A program made the translations under genes and the position numbers. A model generated the notes under the pieces. It ran no database searches. It saw nothing but the letters and a program-made list of their open reading frames with translations, and was not told the origin of the DNA. From Paramoeba atlantica (lineage: Eukaryota; Protista; Discosea), in assembly GCA_977017575.1 (NCBI GenBank), contig CDRNVI010000173.1:1-64000 (forward strand): a DNA stretch of 64,000 nucleotides, in the 5' to 3' direction. Positions 37,869-49,169 of the stretch are shown here, one piece after another; position 1 is the first letter of the stretch; every line of letters begins with the position of its first letter.

Positions 37869-39106
37869 TTTTGAAAAGAGAAGGAGGTTTTTTCTTTTCT
37901 CTTTTTTTTCTCTTTTTTGATTTTGATTTGTTTTTTTTTTTTTTTTGATTTTCAAAAAAAAGTCATTATTTTTGTTATTTTTGTTATTTTCGTTTCCCAA
38001 TTTATTCTTTGTTTCCTTTTTATTCTTGTTTTTAGAGGAAAATTAAACAACAAATTCATTTTTTACTCTCTCTTCCCTCCCCTCTCCTCTTCCTTTTAGT
38101 CTCTGGGGTGTGGTGGTCTTCTTTTTTTTTAATCATCATCATTCTTCTTCTTTTTTTGCGTGCGATTCGACTTTTATCCTTCTCTCAAACTCAAAAATTC
38201 ATTTTTTACTCTCTCTTCCCCCTCCTCTCCTCTTCTTTTTAGTCTCTGGTGGAGAAGGATTTTATTTTGTTTGTTTTTGATTTCACTTTCTTTTCTCTCT
38301 CTCTCCTTCCAAAATCGAGTCTCTGGACTTCTTCTTCCCAATTTTGATTCGATTTTGGATCTTTGAGTGTTTCGTTGTGAATTTCTCTTCTTCTCTCATT
38401 TTTGTTTTCAAATTTTGTGTTTTTCTTCCTTTTTTTTTTATTGTTCCTTTTCTGTTCTTTTCTGCTGCTTCCTTCTTTTTTTTAGTTGAATGAATTTCAA
38501 AAAAGACTTTTTTTCTTTTTTTGGGGGAGGAGGATGCAGGGGAGAAATACCATTTTTTGGTAAAAGGAAATTTTAATAAAAATGAGGATTACTCCATAAA
38601 GGATGAAGGACTGAGAAAACCCCAAAATCAAAGCGAAAAAAAACTAAATAACAAAATTGAGAGATGAAGAAAGAAAGGATGAAAGAAAGAAGAAGAAAAA
38701 AAGATTAAAAACACACACACAAAGGGAGTGAAGTGAGGAGAGAAGAATCTTCTCTCAACAAAATTTGAAAACAAAAAAGAGGAGTGGAAGAGAACAGGGA
38801 GAATTTTCACAAAAACACAAAACACAAAAATGAGAGGGAGAAACAAGTAAGTGCTTTTTGAAGAAGAAGGATAAAAATCGAATCAAAAATCGAAGAAGAA
38901 GAACTGATTTGGGGGAAGAAGAAGACCACTGCACCGCAACAGAGACTAAAAAGGGAAAAGAGAAGAGAAAATAAATTAACTTCTTCTTATTAATTCTCTT
39001 CAAACAAAAAGAAAAAAGAAAGAAAAAATGACACATAAATAAAATAAAAAAAGGCAAAATCAAAAAAGAAAAAAAGAAAAAAAAGAGAAAAGAAAAAACC
39101 TTCTCT

Positions 39107-41416
39107 TCAAAATGATTTCCAAAATTCAATTGACTTCTTCTCCCAATCAGAAACAATAATTGTTCCAAATGAATCAACAACAACCCCAAAAGGATCTTTT
39201 ATGTCATCTTCATCAAAAAATGAAAAAAGAAATGTTCCATCTTTCTCAAACACACTCACTCTTTCGTTTCCTCCATCACAAACAACAATTCTACCTTCCC
39301 CATCCACATCAACACCTTTTGGACAATCAAATTGAGAATCACCTGAACCTCTTGTTCCAAAACATCGAATAAAATTCCCTTCAATATCCATCACTTGAAT
39401 CCGATCATTCAAACGATCAGAAATAACAATATTCCCATCTCCATCAACTCCAACACTGTTTGGTTCATTAAATAGATCTTCAGAAGAACCAAATGAACCA
39501 AAAGAATGAAGAAAAGATCCATCATTATCAAACACTTGAATTCGATTATTGAGAGTATCAACAACAATAATTCGACCTTCTTCAGCTACATCCACACCCC
39601 ATGGTTCATAAAACTGACCATCTTCAGAACCATTTGATCCAAAAGATTTGATCAATTCTCCTTCTTTGTTTAAGATTACAACTCGATAACAACCTTGAGA
39701 CCAATCAAGAACAACAATTTGATCATCCAATCCAATTGAAACATCAGCAGGATCCAAATGAAGGGAATCAATTGTTTTCTGAATTGTTGATTCAATCATC
39801 TCATTTCCTTCTTTATCTCTCACTTTCAATCGGTCATCTTCACAAATAAAAATATTCCCATCACTGTTCACACTCACTCCAAAAGGTACATTCTTCAAAG
39901 GAAAAGAAGAAACAAAACGAAAAGAATCACCACCACCATCACAACAAATCACTCCTTTCTTTGGTTTGAGTAATCCAACAATCCCTCCTTCAGAAACAAT
40001 ATCATTTGCAGTTTGAAGAAGAGTTGAAAAAAGTTGATCATCAAAAAAGAGAGAAACATCACAATCAGTTGTTGTTGTTGTTGTTGTTGGTGTGTTGGAT
40101 AAACGAATAATTGAATCTTTTCTTATTCTCAAATCTTCTTTCTCCAATTCTATTTCTTTCTTTTCAATTCTTTTCTTTTCTAATTTCTCTTCTAATTCTT
40201 TTATTTCTTTTTCAATTCTTTTTCTTTTTTCTTCAATCAAAATCAATCTTCTCTCCAATCTATCTCCAATCTTTACAACTTCATTCCTCTTCTCCAAAAT
40301 ACTTTCTTCAATTGATTTCACTTTCTCATTATGATCATCATGTGTTTCAAGAATACAACGAATACAAACAAAAGAAGAACATTGAAAACAAAATCCACAA
40401 ATTGTTTCAGATGGGTGTTTTGAACATTCTCTCTTCTTCAAATTCTCCAATCCCATCACTCCCATCACCACCCCCTCCTCTTCCAATCTTCTTCTTCTTC
40501 CACCTCCCTCAACACCATCTCTTTCAGATCGTTTGTGATTTCGAGAGAAAATAGAAGAAGTGTGAGATGGATCACAAGAATCACAAATAAACATGTTGCA
40601 ATCAGAACAATACATTTGAGTTTGTTCTCCACACGTTTCGAAATTTACACATTCTGATCCACCATCTCCTGTTGTTTTCTTTTTCAAAATTATGTTTTTC
40701 AATGTTGAAATAACTTTGAAATATTTTTCAAAAAGAGAGAGAGAGGAAAGAAAGAAAGAAAGAAAAGAGAGGAAAGAAAGTGAGAGAAAAAAACCTGATT
40801 GATTGGAGAAAGAGATCAAATTTGAAGAAAGAAGAACATCAATCGTTTCTGGAATCAAATAATTCATCGAAAGTGTTTCAACACTTTCACATTCGTTCAT
40901 TTCTCTACAAACTGGACATTTCACTCCTTTCAAAGAGGGAGAAGAGGAAGAGGAAGAAGAAGAGGAAGAGGAAGAAGAGGAAGGATTTTGAAGAAGAAAG
41001 AGTTTGTTAAGACAAAGAGAGCAAAAAGAAAGACCACAACAAGGTAACAACCTTGGTTCTTTTTCCCAATTCATTAATTCTAAACATATTCCACATTCAA
41101 ATCTTTTCTTTTTCTCTTCTTCTTCCTTTCTTCTTCTCTTCATCACCACTTCTTCTCCTTCTCTTTCTCTTTCTCCTTCTCCTTCTCCTTCTCTTTCTCC
41201 ATTTTGTTGTTCTCTCTTTCCAAGAACATCCTCACTTCTTCTTTCCCTTTGTTCTTTTTCATCAGCACCCTCATCTTCAATCACAACAACATCATCATCT
41301 TCACCATGATCTGTTGTTTGATCTTCTTTCTCTTTTTTTCCTCTTTTGGTTTTTCTCTTTTTCTCACTTTCTAATTCTGTTTCTCCTCTCTTTCTCTTTC
41401 CTCTATTTTCGCTCAT
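39107..41416 (-). CDS. TRIM-NHL paralog copy 12, ~727 aa spliced
   Basis: ATG at 41416; exons 41416-40795 and 40668-39107. The 126-nt intron is 3n and stop-free, which explains the continuous 792-aa ORF. Confidence 0.92.
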   Translation of the reverse strand: MSENRGKRKRGETELESEKKRKTKRGKKEKEDQTTDHGEDDDVVVIEDEGADEKEQRERRSEDVLGKREQQNGEREGEGEGEREREGEEVVMKRRRKEEEEKKKRFECGICLELMNWEKEPRLLPCCGLSFCSLCLNKLFLLQNPSSSSSSSSSSSSSSPSLKGVKCPVCREMNECESVETLSMNYLIPETIDVLLSSNLISFSNQSGFFLSLSFLSFLSFFLSSLSLFEKYFKVISTLKNIILKKKTTGDGGSECVNFETCGEQTQMYCSDCNMFICDSCDPSHTSSIFSRNHKRSERDGVEGGGRRRRLEEEGVVMGVMGLENLKKRECSKHPSETICGFCFQCSSFVCIRCILETHDDHNEKVKSIEESILEKRNEVVKIGDRLERRLILIEEKRKRIEKEIKELEEKLEKKRIEKKEIELEKEDLRIRKDSIIRLSNTPTTTTTTTDCDVSLFFDDQLFSTLLQTANDIVSEGGIVGLLKPKKGVICCDGGGDSFRFVSSFPLKNVPFGVSVNSDGNIFICEDDRLKVRDKEGNEMIESTIQKTIDSLHLDPADVSIGLDDQIVVLDWSQGCYRVVILNKEGELIKSFGSNGSEDGQFYEPWGVDVAEEGRIIVVDTLNNRIQVFDNDGSFLHSFGSFGSSEDLFNEPNSVGVDGDGNIVISDRLNDRIQVMDIEGNFIRCFGTRGSGDSQFDCPKGVDVDGEGRIVVCDGGNERVSVFEKDGTFLFSFFDEDDIKDPFGVVVDSFGTIIVSDWEKKSIEFWKSF

Positions 41417-41878
41417 TTTTGTCTCTCTGTGTGCGAAAAGAGATAAATCAACAACAAAAAAAGAAGAAAAAGCAACAATGAACAATTTTTAAAAAAGAAA
41501 AGAAAAGAAAAATATTTTTCCTCAAATTGAAAAAGAAAAGACACAAAAAGAACAAACAAAACACCTCAAAAAGAAATAGGGAAAAAATGAAAAAGAAAAA
41601 GAAAAAAAAGAAAAAACAAACCAAAACTATCCCAACCACACAGAGAGAGAGAGAGAGAGACTGCTGCCAAAACAAAACACAAAAATGAAATGAGGAGCAA
41701 TGGAGAAAACCAATTCCCAATCAAAGAGAGAGGAGAGAGAGAAGAGAGAGAGGGATGGAGAAGAGGAAGACAACCGAAAAATGAGAGAAGAGAGAGAGAG
41801 AAAGGTCCAAAACGAAGACACAGGCAACTGAAGAGGTACAGAAAAGGAAACAGAAAAAAACACCAAAGAAAAAAGAAA

Positions 41879-41921
41879 GGGTCCGAAAAGACGATTCAAA
41901 CTTTTTAAACCTCTGAAAAAA
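41879..41921 (+). promoter_or_regulatory. Conserved spacer element, copy 7 of 10 (43 bp, one base shorter)
   Basis: GGGTCCGAAAAGACGATTCAAACTTTTTAAACCTCTGAAAAAA, between divergent copies 12 and 13. Confidence 0.55.
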
Positions 41922-42585
41922 CCTTCTTTTTTTTTTCTTTTTCCTCTCTTCTCTCTTTCTGTGTCTTCGTTTGGGACCTTTCTCTCTGTCTCTTTCTCTT
42001 CTTCTCAATCCCTTCTTCTTCTTTCCTTCTTCCCTCCCTCTCTCAGACTCTCTTGTTTTCATTTGTACCTCCCTTTCTCTCTTTCTCTCTTAGTTTCTAT
42101 TTCCACTCTCTCTCATTCACATTTATTTTTTGTCCCACTCTCTTCTTCTCTCTCTCTCTCTTTCCTCCTCTTTTCTCTGGGTGCATTTACCTTTTTGGAC
42201 CCAAAAACATCTCTCTCTTAATTTCCCCTCTTTCTCCTTCTCCTTCTCTTTCTCTTTCTCAATCTCTTTCTCTCTCTCCTGTTCACGTTGAATCCCTTTC
42301 TTTTCTTCTTTCGTTGGTGCCTTCGTTTTGGAAAACCTTTCTTTTGGATTTGAACCATTTTGTTTGCGAATTGAGTTTTCTGTGTGTGTGGAGGGATTTT
42401 TAGTTTTCCATATTTTTCTTTTTTCATTTTTTTTCTTGAGGTGTTTTGTTTTGTTTCTTTTGTCTTTTATCTTTTGTGTGTTCACAAAAAACAAACACTT
42501 CTTTTTTTTTAGAAATTGTTTCACTTCTCACTTTTCTTCCTTTTTTTGTTAGATTGATTTATCTCTTTTCCAACACAGAGACAAA

Positions 42586-43503
42586 ATGAGTGAAAATAGA
42601 GGAAAGAGAAAGAAAGGAGGAGAAACAGAATTGGAAACTGAGAAAAAGAGAAAAACCAAAAGAGAAAAGAAAGAGGAGGAAGGAGATCAAACAACAGATC
42701 GTTGTGGTTCTGAAGGAGAAAGAGAAAGAGAAGAAGTGGCGATGAAAAGAAGAAGAAAGGAAGAAGAAGAGAAAAAGAAAAGATTTGAATGTGGAATATG
42801 TTTGGAGTTAATGAATTGGGAAAAAGAACCAAGGTTGTTACCTTGTTGTGCTCTTTCTTTTTGCTCTCTTTGTCTCAACAATCTCTTTCTTCTTCAAAAT
42901 CCTTCCTCTTCTTCTTCTTCCTCTTCCTCTTCTTCTTCCTCTATGAAAGGAGTGAAATGTCCAGTGTGTTGCGAAATGAACGAATGTGAATGCGTTGAGG
43001 CACTTTCGATGAATTATTTGATTCCAGAAACGATTGATGTTCTTCTTTCTTCAAATTTGATCTCTTTCTCCAATCAATCAACTTCAGGTTTTTACTTTTT
43101 GTTTTTTTCCTTTCTCTTTTGGAGGAGAATTGACTGACTTCCTTTTTTAAACATAAAAATGAGAAGAGGAAGTTGCCCCAAGATGTGTGAATTTCGAAAT
43201 TTGTGGAGAACAAACTCGAATGTATTGTTCTGATTGTAAAGTCTTTATTTGTGATTCTTGTGATTCTTCTCACTCTTCTGCGATTTTCACTCAAAATCAC
43301 AAACGATCTGAAAGAGATGGTGTTGAGGGAGGTGGAAGAAGAAGAAGATTGGAAGAGGAGGGAGGGGTGATGGGAGTGATGGGATTGGAGAATTTGAAGA
43401 AGAGAGAATGTTCAAAACACCCATCTGAAACAATTTGTGGCTATTGTTTTCAATGTTCTTCTTTTGTTTGTACTCGTTGTATTCTTGGTACACATGATGA
43501 TCA
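42586..43503 (+). pseudogene. TRIM copy 13: RING-Bbox1-Bbox2 only, 3'-truncated and fused to inverted copy 14
   Basis: Exon 1 is 42586-43087; probable GAG acceptor at 43163. Homology stops at ...GTHDD (43503). The frame reads on antisense to copy 14 until 43765. Confidence 0.85.
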
Positions 43504-45195
43504 AGAACAACAATTTGATCATCCAATCCAATTGAAACATCAACAGGTTCCAACTGAAGTGAATCAATTGTTTTCTGAATTGTTGATTCAATCATCTCAT
43601 TTCCTTCTTTATCTATCACTTTCAATCCACCCTCTTCACAAACAAAAATATTCCCATCACTGTTCACACTCACTCCATAAGGTGCATTCTTCAAAGGAAA
43701 AGAAGAAACAACGCGAATCGAATCACCACCACCATCACAACAAATCACTCCTTTCTTTGGTTTGAGTAATCCATCAACACCTCCTTCAAAAACAATATCA
43801 TTTGCAGTTTGAAGAAGAGTTGAAAAAAGTTGATCATCAAAAAAGAGAGAAATATCACAATCAGTTGTTGTTGTTGTTGTTGTTGTTGGTGTGTTGGATA
43901 AACGAATAATTGAATCTTTTCTGATTCTTAAATCTTCTTTCTCCAATTCTATTTCTTTCTTTTCAATTCTTTTCTTTTCTAATTTCTCTTCTAATTCTTT
44001 CATTTCTCTTTCAATTCTTTTTCTTTTCTTTTCAATCACAATCAATCTTTTCTCCAATTTATCTCCAATCTTTACAACTTCATCCCTTTTCTCCAAAATA
44101 CTTTCTTCAATTGATTTCACTTTCTTATTGTGATCATCATGTGTACCAAGAATACAACAAACACAAACAAAAGAAGAACATTGAAAACAATATCCACAAA
44201 TTGTTTCAGATGGGTGTTTTGAACATTCTCTCTTCTTCAAATTCTCTAATCCCATCACTCCCACCACCCTCTCCTCCTCCAATCTTCTTTTTCCACCTCC
44301 CTCAACACCATCTCTTTCAAATCGTTTGTGATTTCGAGAGAAAATAGAAGAAGAGTGAGATGGATCACAAGAATCACAAATAAAGACTTTACAATCAGAA
44401 CAATACATTCGAGTTTGTTCTCTGCATGTTTCAAAATTTACACATCTTCTTTGAACGGCTTCTCCTGCTTTGTTTTTTTGTTGATAAAAAACGAAAAACT
44501 AAGTCAGTGAAGGTGAAATAACTTTTTCTCAAAAAAAAACGGCAAGAGTAAAAAAAAGAAAAAAGAAAAAGAAAAAAATCCAAAAAAAATCATTGGAGGA
44601 AAAGTAAAAAACCTGAAGTTAATTGTTGGGAGAAAGAGATCAAATTCGAAGAAAGAAGAACATCAATCGTTTCTGGAATCAAATAATTCATCGAAAGTGT
44701 TTCAACACTTTCACATTCGTTCATTTCTCGACACACTGGACATTTCACTCCTCTCAAAGAGGAAGAAGAAGAGGAAGATGGGGAAGAAGAAGAAGAAGAG
44801 GAAGAGGAAGAGGAGGAAGGAGGATTTTGAAGAAGAAAGAGATTGTTAAGACAAAGAGTACAAAAAGAAAGACCACAACAAGGTAACAACCTTGGTTCTT
44901 TTTCCCAACTCATCAACTCCAAACATATTCCACATTCAAATCTTTTCTTTTTCTCTTCTTCTTCCTTTCTTCTTCTTTTCATCATCTCTTCTTCTCTTTC
45001 TCTTTCTCCTTCTTCTTCTTCTTTTCCAAGAACATCCTCACTTCTTTTTCGCTGTTCTATTTCATCATTCTTCCCAACTACAACAACATCATCAAGATTA
45101 CTTTGTTCTTTCTTTCCTCTCTTTGTTTTTCTTTTCCCCCCCTCACTCCCACTTCTCACCACTTTTCTCTTTCTCTTTCTTCTTTGATCCCTCAT
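43497..45195 (-). pseudogene. TRIM copy 14: RING-Bbox-coiled coil plus ~1.5 NHL blades, 3'-truncated and fused to copy 13
   Basis: Exons 45195-44613 and 44464-43497. Homology ends at QIVVLDH. The frame reads on antisense to copy 13 until 43287. Confidence 0.85.
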
Positions 45196-46004
45196 TTTAT
45201 CTTCTTTTTTAATCTCTCTCTCTCCAAATCAAAACAACACCTTTTCGACGAAAATATTAAATGAGAGTTGTTGAGCAGTTCGAGTGTGTGTGGGTGGAGA
45301 GTTAAAATATAAGGGGATGATTTCTCTGTGTTCATATCATTTTAGAAGTCACAATCAAAAGAAATGGAAGAAAAGAAAGAAAGAAAGAAAGAAAGAACAA
45401 GAAAGGAAAGGAAAATGAAGGAAGAAAAAAGAAATAATAAACTAAACCACACCCCTACAATTCGAGATAGAGAGAAGAGAGTGGTGTTTGTTGCTAATGT
45501 GTTTTATTGAAAGAGATGTTTCTGTTTAATTTGAAAGAGAGATGAAAGAAGATCAAAAGATGAGATGAGATTTCAATGCAAGAAGAAAAAATATAAAAAT
45601 GGAAGACAAAGAAAATGGAAAGTTTTAAAAGAAAACAAAACAAGAATCCAAAAAGAGAAATCAAAAAACAAAAACAACAACAAAAAACAAAAAACAAACA
45701 TTCTCTTCAAAAGGCAAAGAGACAAAGAACCAAGAGAAGAGACAAAGAAGAGAGACAAAGAAGAGAGAGTACAAAAACAAACTCTGTCTCAAGAAGGAAA
45801 GGGACAAAAAAAAGAATCAATCAATCAAGAGATTCAAACGAAAAATGGTCTCTGAGATTTTTACAAACACAGGAGAAGGAGAGAGAAGAGAGAAGAGAGC
45901 GACCAAAAAGAGAGAGAAAGAGAAGAGAGAAAAGAGAGAGGAAGAGAGAAGAGAGGAGAGGGAAAAACGAAAAAGAAAAAGTTTTTGGTGTGTTTTTGTG
46001 ATAT

Positions 46005-46048
46005 TTTTTTCAGAGGTTTAAAAAGTTTTGAATCCTCTTTTCGTACCC
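46005..46048 (-). promoter_or_regulatory. Conserved ~44-bp spacer element, copy 8 of 10
   Basis: TTTTTTCAGAGGTTTAAAAAGTTTTGAATCCTCTTTTCGTACCC, between divergent copies 14 and 15. Confidence 0.55.
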
Positions 46049-46875
46049 TTCCTTTTTTTCTCTTTTTTTTTCTGTTTTTCTTGTTTCTTTGTCTCTCTTG
46101 TTCTTTTGTTCTCTCTCTTTTTTCTTTTTTTCTGTTTCCTTTTCTTCCCTCTCGTTTTTGTTCTTCGTCTCTTCTTCCGTCTCTTCTTCTTCAATTTTTG
46201 TTTTGGGCTCCACTCTTTTCTTTCTCTTTGTGTTTCATTTTTGGACGTTTCATTTTTTGGTTCTGATTTTGGTCGGGGTTTGATTTTCTTCAAAATTTTC
46301 TTTTTGCTTTTTTTTGTCCATATTTTTTGTCCCTTTCTCCTCTTTTCATTTTCGTTTTTATCTTTCTTTCCTCTCTCTTTTCTCTCTTTCTCTTTTATTT
46401 CTTTGATCTCTCTTTCCTCTTCCTCTCTTTTCTCTCTTTTCTCGAGCCTCTTTTTGCTGACAGAGTTTTTCTCTTTTTATGAAATTATTCAGGCTTTCTT
46501 TTGTGTGTGGGGGTGTTGTGAGTTGTGATTTAGGAGGAGTCTCTCTCCACATTTTCGTTTTCTTGTCTCTCTCTCTTCTACTGCTAGTTTTTTGTCTTCT
46601 TTTTTTTTTGGAGAGAGAGAGAGTGTTTTTTTTACCATTCTTTGTTGTTGTTGGATTTGTTTGGAGAGATCTTTGTTGACCTTTTTTTGAGTTTTTTCAA
46701 TTTTGAGAAAAGGTTTTTATTTTGATTTTTTTGAATCTTCTTTTTTTTTGTTTTTGTATGTGTGGTTATTGATTATTTATTGTTCACAGAGATCTTCATC
46801 TATTTTATTGTGTTTTTGTTCTCTTTTCAAAAGTTGTTTCTTTTTTTTGTTGTTGGGGGTTGGAAGTGAAAACAA

Positions 46876-48388
46876 ATGAGGGAAGGAAAAGGAGAGAAAA
46901 AGATGGGAGGAATAGAGATTGTGAAAAGTGAGAAGAAGAAGGATAAACGAAAAACAAAAGAACAAACTAAGGATGATGAAAGTGGTGTTGGAGAAAAACA
47001 AGAAATAGAAGATCAAGAACAACAAAGAAAAGAGAGAGAAGGAAAACAAGAGGGAGGAGAAGGAGAACAAGAGAGAGAAAAAAGAAAAAAGAGAAGGAGA
47101 GAGAAAGAAGAAGAAGAGAAAAAGAAAAGATTTGAATGTGGAATATGTTTGGAGTTAATGAATTGGGAAAAAGAACCAAGGTTGTTACCTTGTTGTGGTC
47201 TTTCTTTTTGCTCTCTTTGTCTTACCAAACTCTTTCTTCTTCAAAATCCTCCTTCCCCCTCTTCCTCATCTTCCTCTTCTTCTTCCCCATCTCCCCCTTC
47301 TTCTTCACCCTCTTTAAAAGGAGTGAAATGTCCAGTTTGTTGCGAAATGAACGAATGTGAAAGTGTTGAAACACTTTCGATGAATTATTTGATTCCAGAA
47401 ACGATTGATGTTCTTCTTTCTTCGAATTTGATCTCTTTCTCCAATCCATCAAGTTTTTTTTCACTTTTCTTCATTTTTCTCTCTTTTCTTTTCAACCTTC
47501 CTTCTCTCTTGAGTTGATGAAAAAGAAACCAAAATAGGAGATGGAGGAATGGAATGTGCCAATTTCGAAACATGTGGAGAACAAACTCGAATGTTTTGTT
47601 CCAAATGCGACATGTTTATTTGTGATTCTTGTGATCCATCTCACACTTCAACTATCTTCACTCGAAATCACAAACGATCTGAAAGAGATGGAAGAAGAAG
47701 ATTGGAGGAGGGGGTAATGGGATTGGAGAATTTGAAGAAGAGAGAATGTTCAAAACACCCATCTGAAACAATTTGTGGATATTGTTTTCAATGTTCTTCT
47801 TTTGTTTGTACTCGTTGTATTCTCGGTACACATGATGATCACAGAAAGAAAGTGAAATCAATTGAAGAAAGTATTTTAGAGAAAAAGAATGAAGTTGTAA
47901 AGATTGGAGATAAATTGGAGAGAAGGTTGATTTTTATTGAAAGGAAAAGAAAAAGAATTGAAGAAGAAATAAAAGAATTAGAAGAGAAATTAGAAAAGAA
48001 AAGAATTGAAAAGAAAGAAATAGAATTAGAGAAAGAAGATTTGAGAATAAGAAAAGATTCAATTATTCGTTTATCCAACACACCAACAACAACAACAACA
48101 ACAACAACTGATTGTGATGTTTCTCTCTTTTTTGATGATCAACTTTTTTCAACTCTTCTTCAAACTGCAAATGATATTGTTTCTGAAGGAGGTGTTGGAT
48201 TACTCAAACCAAAGAAAGGAGTGATTTGTTGTGATGGTGGTGGTGATTCTTTTCGTTTAGTTTCTTCTTTTCCTTTGAAGAATCAACCTTTGGGAGTGAG
48301 TGTGAACAGTGATGGGAATATTTTTATTTGTGAGTGGGAGAATGGATTAAGAGTGAAAGATAAAGAAGGAAATGAGATTGGTTCAATT
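46876..48388 (+). pseudogene. TRIM copy 15: RING-Bbox-coiled coil plus NHL blade 1, 3'-truncated
   Basis: Exon 1 is 46876-47452 and exon 2 starts at 47538 (85-nt intron). Homology ends at KEGNEIGSI (~48388), then joins the reverse complement of a 3'-flank sequence; stop at 48538. Confidence 0.85.
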
Positions 48389-48496
48389 GTATTGAAATTC
48401 ATTCAACAAAAAGAACAGACAAAAGGAAACAAAAAAAGAAGAGAGAACAATTGTAGAAAACAAAAAAAAAAGAAAAAATTAAAAAAAAAAAAGAGA

Positions 48497-48800
48497 GTGG
48501 AGGTATCAGTATCAAGGGTGGTGTGGAAGTGGAGTTGATGGGAATTGGAAAGGGGGGAAGGTATGAAGAGAGGAGAGGGGGAAGGGGATTGGAGGGGGGG
48601 ATGTGGAGGATGGAGGGGGGAGGGGGAAAGGAGAGAGGGTGGGATTTGGGATTGAAGGGGCAGAAGAAGAAGAGGGAGGAGTTGAGGAAGAGGAAGAAGG
48701 GGGTGAAGAGAAAGAGGGGAGGAAGAGGAGGAGAGGAAGGGAAAGAAGTGAGAGAGAAAGAGGAAGAGGAAGAGGAGGAGATGGTGGAGGAAGGGGGAAG
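48497..48800 (+). repeat. G-rich polypurine tract containing a canonical G-quadruplex motif
   Basis: Many G3-G7 runs, including GGGTGGGATTTGGGATTGAAGGGG at 48637-48660. Confidence 0.65.
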
Positions 48801-49169
48801 AATTTCACTAACTCAACACACAACAAAAAAACACAAAAGAGAGAGGAGAAGCAAAAATTGCGAAAAGTTTTTGAAGAAGGATAAAAATCAAATCGAAATT
48901 GAAGAAGAATGCTGATTTGGAAAGAAGAAGACCATGCAGTTCTCCAGACTAAAAGGAGGAAGGGAGGAGAGGAAGGGGAAAGAGAAATTAATTTCTTCCA
49001 AAAACAGAAAAAAGGAAAACAAAAAAAAGAACAAAAATAATAAATTGACACAAAAAATAAAACAAATCAAAAAGAAAAAAAGAAAAAAAGAAAAAAAGAA
49101 AAAACAAAATAAAGAGAAAAGAAAATGAAAAAAAAATGAACCCTCTTTCCTCCCCCTCTCTTCAAAAAA

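Noticed and set aside
30955-41485. 744-aa and 792-aa ORFs as intronless genes with a transmembrane segment
   Set aside because: The hydrophobic stretch coincides exactly with the GT..AG intron at the position conserved in all paralogs. The extra N-terminal 23 aa of the 792-aa ORF precede the conserved ATG.
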